A stretch of 63,674 nt of DNA, counting the filler, from Stramenopiles sp. TOSAG23-3 (taxonomy: Eukaryota): the NCBI GenBank assembly GCA_900128585.1. It is 8 parts of 8 records of this genome, joined end to end, with 100 filler letters (N's around TTAATTAATTAA, not from the genome) between each part and the next. Parts side by side here need not be neighbours in the genome. Positions count along the whole stretch, not along the records: positions 42,128 to 56,034 come from LT642601.1; positions 56,135 to 57,948 come from LT645356.1; positions 58,049 to 59,858 come from LT645358.1; positions 59,959 to 61,767 come from LT645359.1; positions 61,868 to 63,674 come from LT645360.1; 3 more parts are not named here. One strand, 5' to 3'. Within the stretch, counting starts at the first letter, position 1. Each line of letters begins with the position of its first letter. Below the pieces are notes generated by a model. It made no database searches, was not told the origin of the DNA, and worked only from the letters and a program-made list of their open reading frames with translations. A program made the translations under genes and the position numbers. Below are positions 54,277-63,674 of the stretch, piece after piece.

Positions 54277-55302
54277 TTACTGTTTTGTGGAGAATTGGAT
54301 ACCGGTGACATCGTCTTCAATGCCGCATTCGTCGGTTCCACGAGCGATTTTGAAGTATCCATTGTCACCCCATTGGTCATTCCAGGAGTTCTTGACGAGC
54401 CAGTAGTCCTGGCCGCCTTCGGTTCCGTAACCAACCATTTCAACGGCGTGTCCGCCCAACGGTCCTCCGGTCTTGTGGGTGTATACACCAGATTTGTAGG
54501 TTGGGAAATCGGCGTAAACGGTGAACGCAACTGCCAAGGGGCCATTGTTTACGAGTTCGGACATGATGTTTTGTACACCAGTGACGGAGTAAGCGTGTGT
54601 TCCTTTGGTCTTGTCGTCGGCGTAGGACTTTTTGTATCCTGATTCAGAGCACTGCTTGGTGCATTGAGGAGTTGGGTACTCGCTCTCTGGGCACTTGGCG
54701 TACTTCGAGGTTGGTGGAACGTGGTGCGCGCACGGCTTCAACGTGTACGGTCTGCAGGAATTTCCTTTTCCAATGTCTGGGAAGTCCCCACCGGTGACAA
54801 CACCAGTGTTGGCCATCCATTGAAGCGCAGCGCTGGGTTGGCCACCGTTGCACCCTTGGGAGAACCCGCAACTGAAGGAGCGGCAGCATGAGGCAGTGTC
54901 CTCGGTACTGAACTCGACGTCCTCACCCGTGGCAATGCAGCGACGGTCTTCGAAGGACTCGGTGGAACCGAACGCCCAGCAGGAGCCACAGCTGGACTGA
55001 TCGCGAATTTTGGCAATCACGGTACAGTTGGGGTGGGCTGTTACGGCGTTAAACTCCGCGGGAAGGTCGGTGATGGCGTAGTTCATTTGCTTCTCTGGCA
55101 AACGCATGTACTTTGGGTGTCCACGAAGCCACGTGCCACAAAGAGTTCGCGCTTCTTCGGTCGAGTTGAAGCGGGATGGAACGGTGGCTTTCCAGGTGGA
55201 CGAGGAGTCTTTGTTGACCGTGTCAACGATTTCCTCAAAGGAGCTTTCTTGTCCGGAGACGGTGGCGGCAGCTACAAGGGCTAGAACAACAGCTTTCTTC
55301 AT
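54277..55302 (-). CDS. CTSB: Cathepsin B cysteine protease
   Basis: Signal peptide, QSSCGSCWAF, occluding loop PCAHH, GGHAV, WLVKNSW. Confidence 0.97.
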   Translation of the reverse strand: MKKAVVLALVAAATVSGQESSFEEIVDTVNKDSSSTWKATVPSRFNSTEEARTLCGTWLRGHPKYMRLPEKQMNYAITDLPAEFNAVTAHPNCTVIAKIRDQSSCGSCWAFGSTESFEDRRCIATGEDVEFSTEDTASCCRSFSCGFSQGCNGGQPSAALQWMANTGVVTGGDFPDIGKGNSCRPYTLKPCAHHVPPTSKYAKCPESEYPTPQCTKQCSESGYKKSYADDKTKGTHAYSVTGVQNIMSELVNNGPLAVAFTVYADFPTYKSGVYTHKTGGPLGGHAVEMVGYGTEGGQDYWLVKNSWNDQWGDNGYFKIARGTDECGIEDDVTGIQFSTKQ

Positions 55303-56136
55303 GTTTGTTTTTGTGCTTAGGTATTTGAATTAAAGTGATACGATGTGTGTTTAATCGGTTGGATTGCTAAATGGAACATGAATGTCGCCTTTGTTAGTTG
55401 ACTCCACTAACTTTTGTGATCATTCCTACTTCAAGTCACCTGGGTAGATAGAAAGGAATGGTAGAAGGGATACATTCCCAAATTCCAAGAAGTGCAACCA
55501 CCAACAACAAATAATGATGTGCGGTGGTTGTGTAATTAGTTGTTGTTTCTTTCTTTCTTTCTCCGACGACAACCGCAGCAGCGTGTTTTTCATGCTATTC
55601 CATTGAGGAGAGAAAAGATATTAATTTTCATTACTATACATTACACAGCATAGAAAGTGTCTTCGGAAAAAAGTGCCATTTTTTCTTTTCTTGCTTCTTG
55701 GTTTTATAGCTTCTGAATACGAATTATAATATTCTACGTACCTGCTATTTCCTACTATTACCTCTGTGGATGGTTGGGGGTTCCTCTGAGTAATTAGAAG
55801 GATTACATAGGATATTTTAAATAGACTAGTATACTTTTAAATGTACATCCATGTTGCTTTCTCTCTCTATTTTTTAGTCGTCATTCGTGGTATCCTACAG
55901 TTTTAAATCATCATTCATTTTTAGAAAAGATAACTTCAGTTTAGCTTTTAAGCTTTTAAGCTTTATTAAGATAATTAAAAAAATCTCTCTCTTCTCTCTT
56001 CTCTCTTCTCCTTCTCTCGCTCCTTCGTTATTTTNNNNNNNNNNNNNNNNNNNNNNNNNNNNNNNNNNNNNNNNNNNNTTAATTAATTAANNNNNNNNNN
56101 NNNNNNNNNNNNNNNNNNNNNNNNNNNNNNNNNNAC

Positions 56137-56730
56137 ATACCCCCAGGAACCAGGCCTTCCGACGATTGGAAGAAATGGGTGGGGAGCACCCACGGTCGGG
56201 GGCCTGGTGGGGTTCCGCGGAGGCCTGGTTGGAATTTTGACGTTATGGACGAACCGTGTACCCCATTCTTGCATGTCGTTTGCCCACGTGGCTCAAGCAA
56301 AAGATTTGTGAAGAACAGTGTCGAACCAGGATGCGCTCCAATTCCAGTCTGCTTTCGCTACAAGCCAACGAACCTCGATCAAATGGATGATGAGATGGAA
56401 GATGAGATGGAAGATGATGAGTTTGTCGGTGGGAAATGTGGTATTCGTGGAGGCTGTAGGCTGTGAACAGTGCACGGGTTCTACAACAACTATAACCAGT
56501 CTACCGGGGCGCTAAAACCAACAGTAAACTGTTGGGCATTGTCCACGAGCACGTCCACACGAAAGTCCACATGTGTTATCACTGGAAACCCGATTCCAGC
56601 AAAAGTGGAGTGTATTGACATTCAATTGAAGCCTTGGAATGACGAAGAGTGGGTCGAAGAGTTTTGCGACGTATTGGACGAGGCCAATTGTGCCTGGCAC
56701 GCCTTGATAGGAACGATTCAAATGAAATAA
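56137..56730 (+). pseudogene. 5'-partial Cys-rich reading frame with one in-frame TGA (56464-56466)
   Basis: The frame is open from the contig edge to 56730 except for the TGA in GGCRL*TVH; no family recognised. Confidence 0.35.
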
Positions 56731-57224
56731 ACTAAAACAATTTTAACTTTCTTTTACTTTAAAAACAAGAAAAATTGGTATTTTATTCTTTTACTTTATT
56801 TACGAACTCGGCTACCGTGTCCTTGTGGAGGCGTTTGCTAAACCCCCTCTTCGATAGGTTCTTCAATTTGAACTCGACTACGCCGTCTTTCACACGAACA
56901 ACTTTTGCCTCCCTGGCCCTCTTCCTGAAAGTTATGCTCACTACTTTCTTCACGCAGCGTCAAATTAAAATATAAGGTGGTTATTATAGGGTTATTAGAG
57001 TCTTAAAATATACCTACTACTATATTCATTATTTATTAATTAGTTTTTTTTTCACTCCTCTCGCACTGGAGCGACTGGCGCGACCGGAATGTTTGATGCC
57101 CTGTTTTGATGGCCTTGATATTTTAAATTACCACAAGTTACAATAATATTTTTGATTCATGAACCTAAACCTATATGATAAAACTATGATATGCAACATT
57201 GCTACTGGTTTCCATTTTATAGAC

Positions 57225-57947
57225 TCACGGTTCATCGTCCTCTTCTTCTTCGGAGTCGGACCTAACCCTCTTCTTCTTCGGAGTCTCTTGTGCATCCTCG
57301 TTCATTGGCTGGACTGAACCAATATCCCAGCCAGAAAGGCCCCGAGCGTCGACTGAAAGCGATGATTGTGCTGCAGTTTGCATGTCATGGCACAGTGGCG
57401 GCTGGAGAAGAAGTTGCGACACTAAGCGTTGTGCAGACTGCCTGGCCTTCTTGTCGTTCCAACCAAATGTCAGAAGTGGCATACCGTTTGCATGAAAGAC
57501 AACTGGGTTGTACCTTGATGCAAAATCTTCTTCATGCACATGACCCGCCGTCAGGAACGATAACACCGCTGCGTGTACCGCTGCCATCGGGAACAGGAGC
57601 GTAGCGTACGTATCCGCTATCTTGCATGTCGTATCTGTCACCTGGAAGCCGAAGCCGCCTGTCACCTTCACCTTTGTAATCACTGCGCTGTTGCACTTGA
57701 GTGCCACGCCAGTATCGTCAGGTAGCGTTCTCGCCTGCTTTACGATGGCCTCTGCTATGTTTTGCATTGTGGTAGCGAGCAGTAGTAAAGACAAGTCGAA
57801 GAAAGAGTTGAAAATTAGTTTTGCACTGTTGTCCAAAACAATGATTTCTTCGTTGATGCGTAAACCTTCGCCTGATGCGGATTGAAAACAGAAGTAACTG
57901 GCTTTTCGGGACGAAACAAAAATTAATATGGCGGAAATATATCGAAA
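57225..57947 (-). CDS. Hypothetical protein, 5'-partial
   Basis: Frame open to the contig edge; C-terminal PKKKRVR NLS-like motif and acidic tail. Confidence 0.55.
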   Translation of the reverse strand, partial: FRYISAILIFVSSRKASYFCFQSASGEGLRINEEIIVLDNSAKLIFNSFFDLSLLLLATTMQNIAEAIVKQARTLPDDTGVALKCNSAVITKVKVTGGFGFQVTDTTCKIADTYATLLFPMAAVHAAVLSFLTAGHVHEEDFASRYNPVVFHANGMPLLTFGWNDKKARQSAQRLVSQLLLQPPLCHDMQTAAQSSLSVDARGLSGWDIGSVQPMNEDAQETPKKKRVRSDSEEEEDDEP

Positions 57948-58340
57948 ANNNNNNNNNNNNNNNNNNNNNNNNNNNNNNNNNNNNNNNNNNNNTTAATTAA
58001 TTAANNNNNNNNNNNNNNNNNNNNNNNNNNNNNNNNNNNNNNNNNNNNACCCAAGTCGTTCACGCAAGACCTGCTCATGAAGAAACAAGGCTATTGGAAA
58101 TGAAATTTATTCCAAGTTCTAACGTTAGTGAGAGTCACCTTCATACCTTCGTATTCCTCATATTTCGTACTGGTATTATACGAAGGGGAGTAACCATAAT
58201 TCATTTATTACAAAGACGAAGTCATGACAACGTGCACTTGCTTTTATTACTGCAAAAATGAATATCTGCTGAAATTCCATCGATTATTTATAGCTCCAAA
58301 TCATCGAATCGCAAATTTGTGCTTAAAGTAGGACAACAAA

Positions 58341-59858
58341 ATGATGATGAAAAGAAGAACGACGATTTTGCTCGCATTGATTTGCTGCGTCTTCGTGGCG
58401 TGCTCTAGGGGGGATGAAATCGAGGTGGAGTCTGACTCCCCGACTTTGGATGAGCTTGATGCTGAGTACGATGACGACGAGCTCGATGATGTAGACTATA
58501 CGGTCGAAGAAATGATTTTCGAATCCCCGCAAGATATTGAAGACCTGACGAAAACTGCGTTAAAAGAGTTTGCGCTTAAAGTGCGGAAAGAAGAAGGATT
58601 AAAAGGACCGGGAGGGTATGGCACCGTATGCTCGAAGGACGAGCACTGCGAGGATCATGAAAAATGCTCAAAAAACGGAAGGTGCAAACCGAAAAACTCC
58701 ACCATCCCAAATGCATGTCGCTATGGTCTATCGACTTGCGTGCACGACAAAGAGAGCCCCATGAGGAAATTGGCCGACAAGGTCATTGAGAAACGCCTGT
58801 CTATTAAGCCAGCCTTACAAAAGGCGTCATTGCACGCGGCCTTGCTCCCACCGGCGGCGCAAAACTTGATGTCGCTGCCCGTGCCACCACAGCTTCGTAA
58901 TGGGTCGGACGATAAAGATGCCGAGCTCCAGGCAGCCCAAACGGGGGATAAAAACGATTTATCCCCTAGCGTCGCAGCGTACGTCGACAGTGTCGCTCTG
59001 ATGGATGACATATCAAAGGGTGCGCTAACAGGTGCAGGAGCTTTGCCATCGGACACAAAGAAATGGCTCGAGTTTGCCGGTAAAGGCAAAACGAGAGTAA
59101 TGCGGCGACCATTTCGTAACTTTTGGGACCCGCAAGATCGAACGTACCGTATCGCGCAGGACCAAGGGGAAAAGCGTGCAATGGTAAACGCCTCCAAAAT
59201 ATTGGAAAAGCGTCGATTTCCAAACAGCAATGACCACGAACTGATGGAGTGGTTTACCAAGAACGGTGGAAAGTTAAACTTTGTGTCTCCAGATGGGACG
59301 CGGGGTGGATCAAGAAAGCTTGTCGCTGACGAAGACATAAGTAATGAAGACGTAATTTTAGAGGTGCCCTTTCAGATTACTATGAACCAGATGTCTGTCA
59401 GAAATATTAAAGTGGGGCACACCGGTCGTTATTTGGACGAATTTATTGGGGGGTTGTTTGGAAAAAACCAAGAATGGGGCCTTGCAGCATTTTTGCTGTT
59501 CGAGATTAGCAAGGGAAACAACAGCAAGTGGTGGCCTTTCATAAGAACGTTAGATATGCACGTCATGACAACAGGGATCATCACAGAACTCGAAGGAACG
59601 TACACGGCAGACAGGATTAGGCGGTGGGAAGAAGAAGCCGAAGACATGCACAAATTTTTTGAAAAGGTCGTTGGCCAGAAAGACCATATGGGCAATGTTC
59701 AAGAAACGTGGTCGACCAGGAAAAAGTTGCGTTGGGCATTGTGGGCGGCGAGGCAGTGTAATCCAGTACTTGGATGACCGCCGAGATAATTTAGATTCGT
59801 TAGAATATCAAATTGAAGAGGTCCGCGAGTGGGAGCGCGCTAGAAAAAAGAGGCTGGC
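58341..59858 (+). CDS. Signal-peptide protein with Rubisco-LSMT-type SET domain N-half; frame break or deletion near 59753; 3'-partial
   Basis: LMEWFTKNGG, RKLVADEDI...ILEVP, LAAFLLFE...SKWWPFIRTL, LRWA; a coding-like sequence continues in another frame (VIQYLDDRRDN...). Confidence 0.7.
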
Positions 59859-60223
59859 NNNNNNNNNNNNNNNNNNNNNNNNNNNNNNNNNNNNNNNNNN
59901 NNTTAATTAATTAANNNNNNNNNNNNNNNNNNNNNNNNNNNNNNNNNNNNNNNNNNNNATTACTTCGTAAATAATAAGAGCTCTAAAAAAAACGAAGAAG
60001 GAAAGAAGAGAAAAACATAACTAACGAACAACGAATTGAAGAAGAGGACAAAAAAGAAGGAGGAAAAAGTATTGAGTTATTTGTTTGTTGTTGTACGTAG
60101 TGCAATAAGTTGTTGTTGTGTTTCTTCGACCTCGAGAGGCCAGCGCTTTCCCCCAAGTTTCGCAGCCTTGAACGCCTAAGGTACAGACACGAACGATATA
60201 CCACATTCACGAGCCACTTCTTG

Positions 60224-60865
60224 ATGCGTTTAGCAACACCGGCACAAAATAACGGAGATGGCACAGTCCACGCAGTAGATTCGTCTAGCTTAAAAGCTGA
60301 CAAAGGAACTCTTCTTGACATACGTGCGCGAAAGCAAAGCATTGCAGATGTGAACGACGCTTCCATTGCAGATGGGACAGGCTGTAAAGTGCTATCCTTA
60401 AAAAAGAAGAAAAAGAAGAAGAGAAAGAAGAAGAAAAAGGGCAAAAACACTTCTCGCAATGACAGCAGCATTGGTACGGCGAAAGTGGCTCTACGCATCG
60501 TCAACCAAAGCCTAGATAAAGCCTCTGATAGGCTGGTAGTATTAAATCTCAAACACCTTGACATACAGAATTTGTTAGAAAAACACAAGAAAGCAGCGGA
60601 CGAAATGCAACACTTAGATACCCTGAAAGCAAACAGCCAAAGGGGCATTTTGATGATGAGAAAAAAACGAAAGGAACTTTTGCGCCGTATTACAGAAGCT
60701 CTGCAGGGTGTAGACGACATTTTGAAAGAATATCCTGAACTGAGTAGGAAAAAACATTTCAACGATCTGCAAGATGCTGTAAAGGAGGACATATTTGCAG
60801 ACGACGACAAAGCAACAAATTTTAATGAGCATTTTTCTAGAATTAGAGAAGAAGAGAGTGAGTGA
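60224..60865 (+). CDS. Hypothetical coiled-coil protein with poly-Lys tract
   Basis: ORF over 200 aa; start uncertain. Confidence 0.5.
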   Translation: MRLATPAQNNGDGTVHAVDSSSLKADKGTLLDIRARKQSIADVNDASIADGTGCKVLSLKKKKKKKRKKKKKGKNTSRNDSSIGTAKVALRIVNQSLDKASDRLVVLNLKHLDIQNLLEKHKKAADEMQHLDTLKANSQRGILMMRKKRKELLRRITEALQGVDDILKEYPELSRKKHFNDLQDAVKEDIFADDDKATNFNEHFSRIREEESE

Positions 60866-60973
60866 GATAATTACCATCGATGATATGGAAGGTTTTTGAA
60901 ATGTCGACATCGTGTTGGCAATGTTCTGCCGCATCATTTTGACAAAGTGAAGCACCCCATGATTTAATTTTTT

Positions 60974-61064
60974 TAAAAACAAGAAAATTGGCTTTTATTT
61001 AAGTCATTAAAATTAATGTACTGCGAACTGAACTCTACTGATGTGATTTTAGTAATCAACATAT
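60974..61064. mobile_element. Truncated inverted copy of the 49388-49532 element
   Basis: TTAAAATTAATGTACTGCGAACTGAACTCTACTGATGTGATTTTAGTAATCAA is nearly identical to the reverse complement of about 49447-49499 and is preceded by the TIR. Confidence 0.7.
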
Positions 61065-61170
61065 TCCTTTTCACCTTGTCTTTACTATCTGTATGATACG
61101 ATGAAATGTTTAAAGTGATATGATACTTATTCTTATGATATCGCATACATATGTATCTTAATGGTATTCT

Positions 61171-61767
61171 TTACCCCTGCAAGGGATTGAAGTCCCATCC
61201 ACGATATTCTGGACCGTGATGAGGGCCCATTGGGTTCTTCGTGTAACAGTAGCCTCGGTGGTTTGAGATTTTCAATTCAAATCCAATGGGGCATTGGTGA
61301 CCCGGCGGACAATAATGACCTGGGAGGCAGATACGATCTTTACTAAGGTAATCTGGGTGATCCTCGCGCATAAGGCCGCAGTAGTTTTCTACTTTTGTGT
61401 ATCCTGCAGGGCACTGTCCATCCTTGCAGTAATAACCTGGCTCGCATATACTATTTTGAGTAAACGTGGTGACATTTGCGGAGCGACGCAAGCACAAATT
61501 GGTGTTGTAACTTTTGCAAAATTCCTGTTCGTTGCTTTGGACATACAAGGCCGGGATTATGTACGCATCTAAGTCTGCCGCAGCATCCAGTTGCTGTGTC
61601 ATATCAGCTTGCTTCATGCGACAAACTGCATTACTATTAATTTTTATAATCAGGTTCCCCTTGAGCTTGGCAAACTCTTTTTTGCCAGCATAGGCAGTCA
61701 TCTCGTCAATGATTGGGAAGGTGCCACAGTCGGTTTGATGGAAAGTCGTCGAGACAACAGGTTCAAT
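61171..61767 (-). CDS. Cys-rich repeat protein (CxPGxYC repeats), 5'-partial
   Basis: CEPGYYCKDGQCPAG and CLPGHYCPPGHQCPIG; frame open to the contig edge. Confidence 0.65.
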   Translation of the reverse strand: MEPVVSTTFHQTDCGTFPIIDEMTAYAGKKEFAKLKGNLIIKINSNAVCRMKQADMTQQLDAAADLDAYIIPALYVQSNEQEFCKSYNTNLCLRRSANVTTFTQNSICEPGYYCKDGQCPAGYTKVENYCGLMREDHPDYLSKDRICLPGHYCPPGHQCPIGFELKISNHRGYCYTKNPMGPHHGPEYRGWDFNPLQG

Positions 61768-61867
61768 NNNNNNNNNNNNNNNNNNNNNNNNNNNNNNNNN
61801 NNNNNNNNNNNTTAATTAATTAANNNNNNNNNNNNNNNNNNNNNNNNNNNNNNNNNNNNNNNNNNNN

Positions 61868-63577
61868 GAGGTCGCGAGAAACCTGAGGCCCGCGGGGAAA
61901 GGGACTGTCAAGGTGCGCCAGCGCGTCGTCCGGGGCCCAGACGGGATGTGGGACGACCCGAACACGACGACGCCGGACTGGTGGCCGAACGACATACTGA
62001 CCGAAATGTTGAACCAGGGTGCGTTTGACGCGCCGAAGCGCCGAAAGCACCCGAAGAAAAAGCCCCCCCGCATGGCGTACTCCGTCCCGGAAGCGATCGT
62101 CCCGGAGAACCCGACCAAGAACGACCTGGTCACCACCAAATACTTGGACCGCAAAGGGACCGGGTACGGCCCGGAGGCGGACTACGTGCCGAAAAAGGTG
62201 CCACAGAAGCCCGTGAAAATAGAGGTAGACATAAGTGGGGTCCCCATCGCCGAGAAAGAGCGGCGCAACCGGGCCAGGGGGGCCAAGGCGAAGAAGAACG
62301 CGCGCCCACTGCCCAAGCACCTGAAGAAGGTCACCTCGAAAGTCAAACAGCAAGTTTCGGCGTATAGACGAGCGGCCATGAGGGCCAAGTCCGAACGACA
62401 AAAGAGGCTGGAAATGATTATGAGCCCCGACCGCCCGGCGCTGACGGAGAGCAACGACTACGCGCTGCCATCCCGCAGAATTGGGGCGAGGGGCGGGGCA
62501 AAACAGCATAGACCACCCCCAACGCTTGATACCATAGCCGACGCATTTTTGAACGAGTTCGAGGATTTGGCGTCGGACATCAAGGCCAGCAACCGCGTGG
62601 GGCGTGGCCGGGGGGGCGACGACGACGATTGCGACGACGAGGAGGAGGGGGGGGGCTTAGGTGAGGAGGGCGCGGGCTGGGGTGACGAAGGGGGGGCGTC
62701 CCCACCCGCCAAAGTGGCGCTCGACCCGTGGTCCGACGCTGACGTGTACGTTCCGGTGAACGGGAAGTCGTTTGCCTCCGAGGCGGCCGACTACGGCCGC
62801 CCAAAGCCGGCGGGGGTAGTAACCAGGAGCCGCAACGACGACGTCAACATTATGTCATTTATCGAAGTTGCGGCGGAGTCCGAGCGCGAAGTTCGCGCGC
62901 GACGGTTTCAACCCACGTTCGAGGGATGGGTAGGAGATTTTGGAGCAGTCCATACCCACACCAACCGTGCCGCCGACGTTGAGGACGAGTACCAGCCTGG
63001 TGCGCCCGCTGCGGGCCTGAAGGGCCCTCGGGCCCCGCCCGCCCGAACGTCCGCGTACCCCGCGGCCGTCGCGGACGGGGACGACGGTTTGAGCATTGCA
63101 CAGTACGCCCTCCCCACATCGATGGAGGATCACGGCGACCTGTTCGGGAATGACCAGATCAACAAGAGCAAATCGATAGAAGAAGACCCGTCATTGAAGC
63201 GGGAAACAGTCGAAGAGACCCTTCGCAAAGCGGAAGATGCCCTCCAGGCCATTCGAGACGAAGAGGTCGAGTCGGATGTTCACTTAGCCAGCGTCGAGTC
63301 GGAGACCGCTCGCACGGAAAGGATAGTAAAGGAACCACCCATGGTGTTCCAGGAAGACCCGGGGCAGCGCAGGGGCACCGTTGTCATGGGCGGAAGTAAC
63401 CGAAGCGGCTCCGTATACGTCCCCCCAGAGGACGACGGGGAAGCGTGGGAAGACGCGTCGACCCCGGCAAAGCCTGATGATGGTTCCCAAGTAGAGGGAA
63501 CCCTCCCAGACTTGAGTACAAAGGGCGACGCGGAATTGTCTGCAATCGAAAAAGAATTGATGGAAGGGGCCCTTTAA
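61868..63577 (+). CDS. Hypothetical, largely disordered protein, 5'-partial
   Basis: GC-rich frame open from the contig edge to TAA at 63577. Confidence 0.7.
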   Translation, partial: EVARNLRPAGKGTVKVRQRVVRGPDGMWDDPNTTTPDWWPNDILTEMLNQGAFDAPKRRKHPKKKPPRMAYSVPEAIVPENPTKNDLVTTKYLDRKGTGYGPEADYVPKKVPQKPVKIEVDISGVPIAEKERRNRARGAKAKKNARPLPKHLKKVTSKVKQQVSAYRRAAMRAKSERQKRLEMIMSPDRPALTESNDYALPSRRIGARGGAKQHRPPPTLDTIADAFLNEFEDLASDIKASNRVGRGRGGDDDDCDDEEEGGGLGEEGAGWGDEGGASPPAKVALDPWSDADVYVPVNGKSFASEAADYGRPKPAGVVTRSRNDDVNIMSFIEVAAESEREVRARRFQPTFEGWVGDFGAVHTHTNRAADVEDEYQPGAPAAGLKGPRAPPARTSAYPAAVADGDDGLSIAQYALPTSMEDHGDLFGNDQINKSKSIEEDPSLKRETVEETLRKAEDALQAIRDEEVESDVHLASVESETARTERIVKEPPMVFQEDPGQRRGTVVMGGSNRSGSVYVPPEDDGEAWEDASTPAKPDDGSQVEGTLPDLSTKGDAELSAIEKELMEGAL

Positions 63578-63674
63578 GCAGCATGCATGGGACATTAATA
63601 GGGTCCTATGCTTTATATATTAAGACGCATTTAATAATAATCTTCCTTCCACAGCTTTTCTACATCTACTGCTG

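Noticed and set aside
1..63674. tRNA, rRNA, snRNA, CRISPR arrays, transposase or viral genes
   Set aside because: No recognisable signatures by eye; a covariance-model scan would be needed to exclude small RNAs.

Overview
Eukaryotic nuclear DNA made of eight unrelated contigs joined by artificial 100-nt spacers (44 N + TTAATTAATTAA + 44 N). The contigs are sorted by length (about 13.9 kb x4, then about 1.8 kb x4), so gene order is meaningful only within a contig. GC-rich, apparently intron-free CDSs sit in very AT-rich, microsatellite-laden intergenic DNA. Ciliary genes (ENKD1, CCDC148, a CEP164-WW/DM10-like protein), lysosomal hydrolases (cathepsin B, phospholipase B), a bacterial-type D-lactate dehydrogenase and a diatom-like receptor ectodomain suggest a flagellated, probably phagotrophic stramenopile-like protist (inference). 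About 30 genes or fragments are recognisable. Most notable: (1) an MT-A70 protein resembling MTA9/AMT6-7 of the DNA 6mA complex, with DPPW retained and a RanBP2 zinc finger; (2) a class C GPCR carrying a diatom receptor-guanylate-cyclase-like ectodomain; (3) a lidless, tail-anchored Hsp70; (4) two TTAA-flanked MITE copies bracketing an SDR gene in inverted orientation; (5) a second MITE family shared between contigs; (6) small CSN9-like and stathmin-like genes; (7) broken frames in CNOT2, kinesin-14 and a SET gene. Family assignments come from recalled motifs, not database searches.
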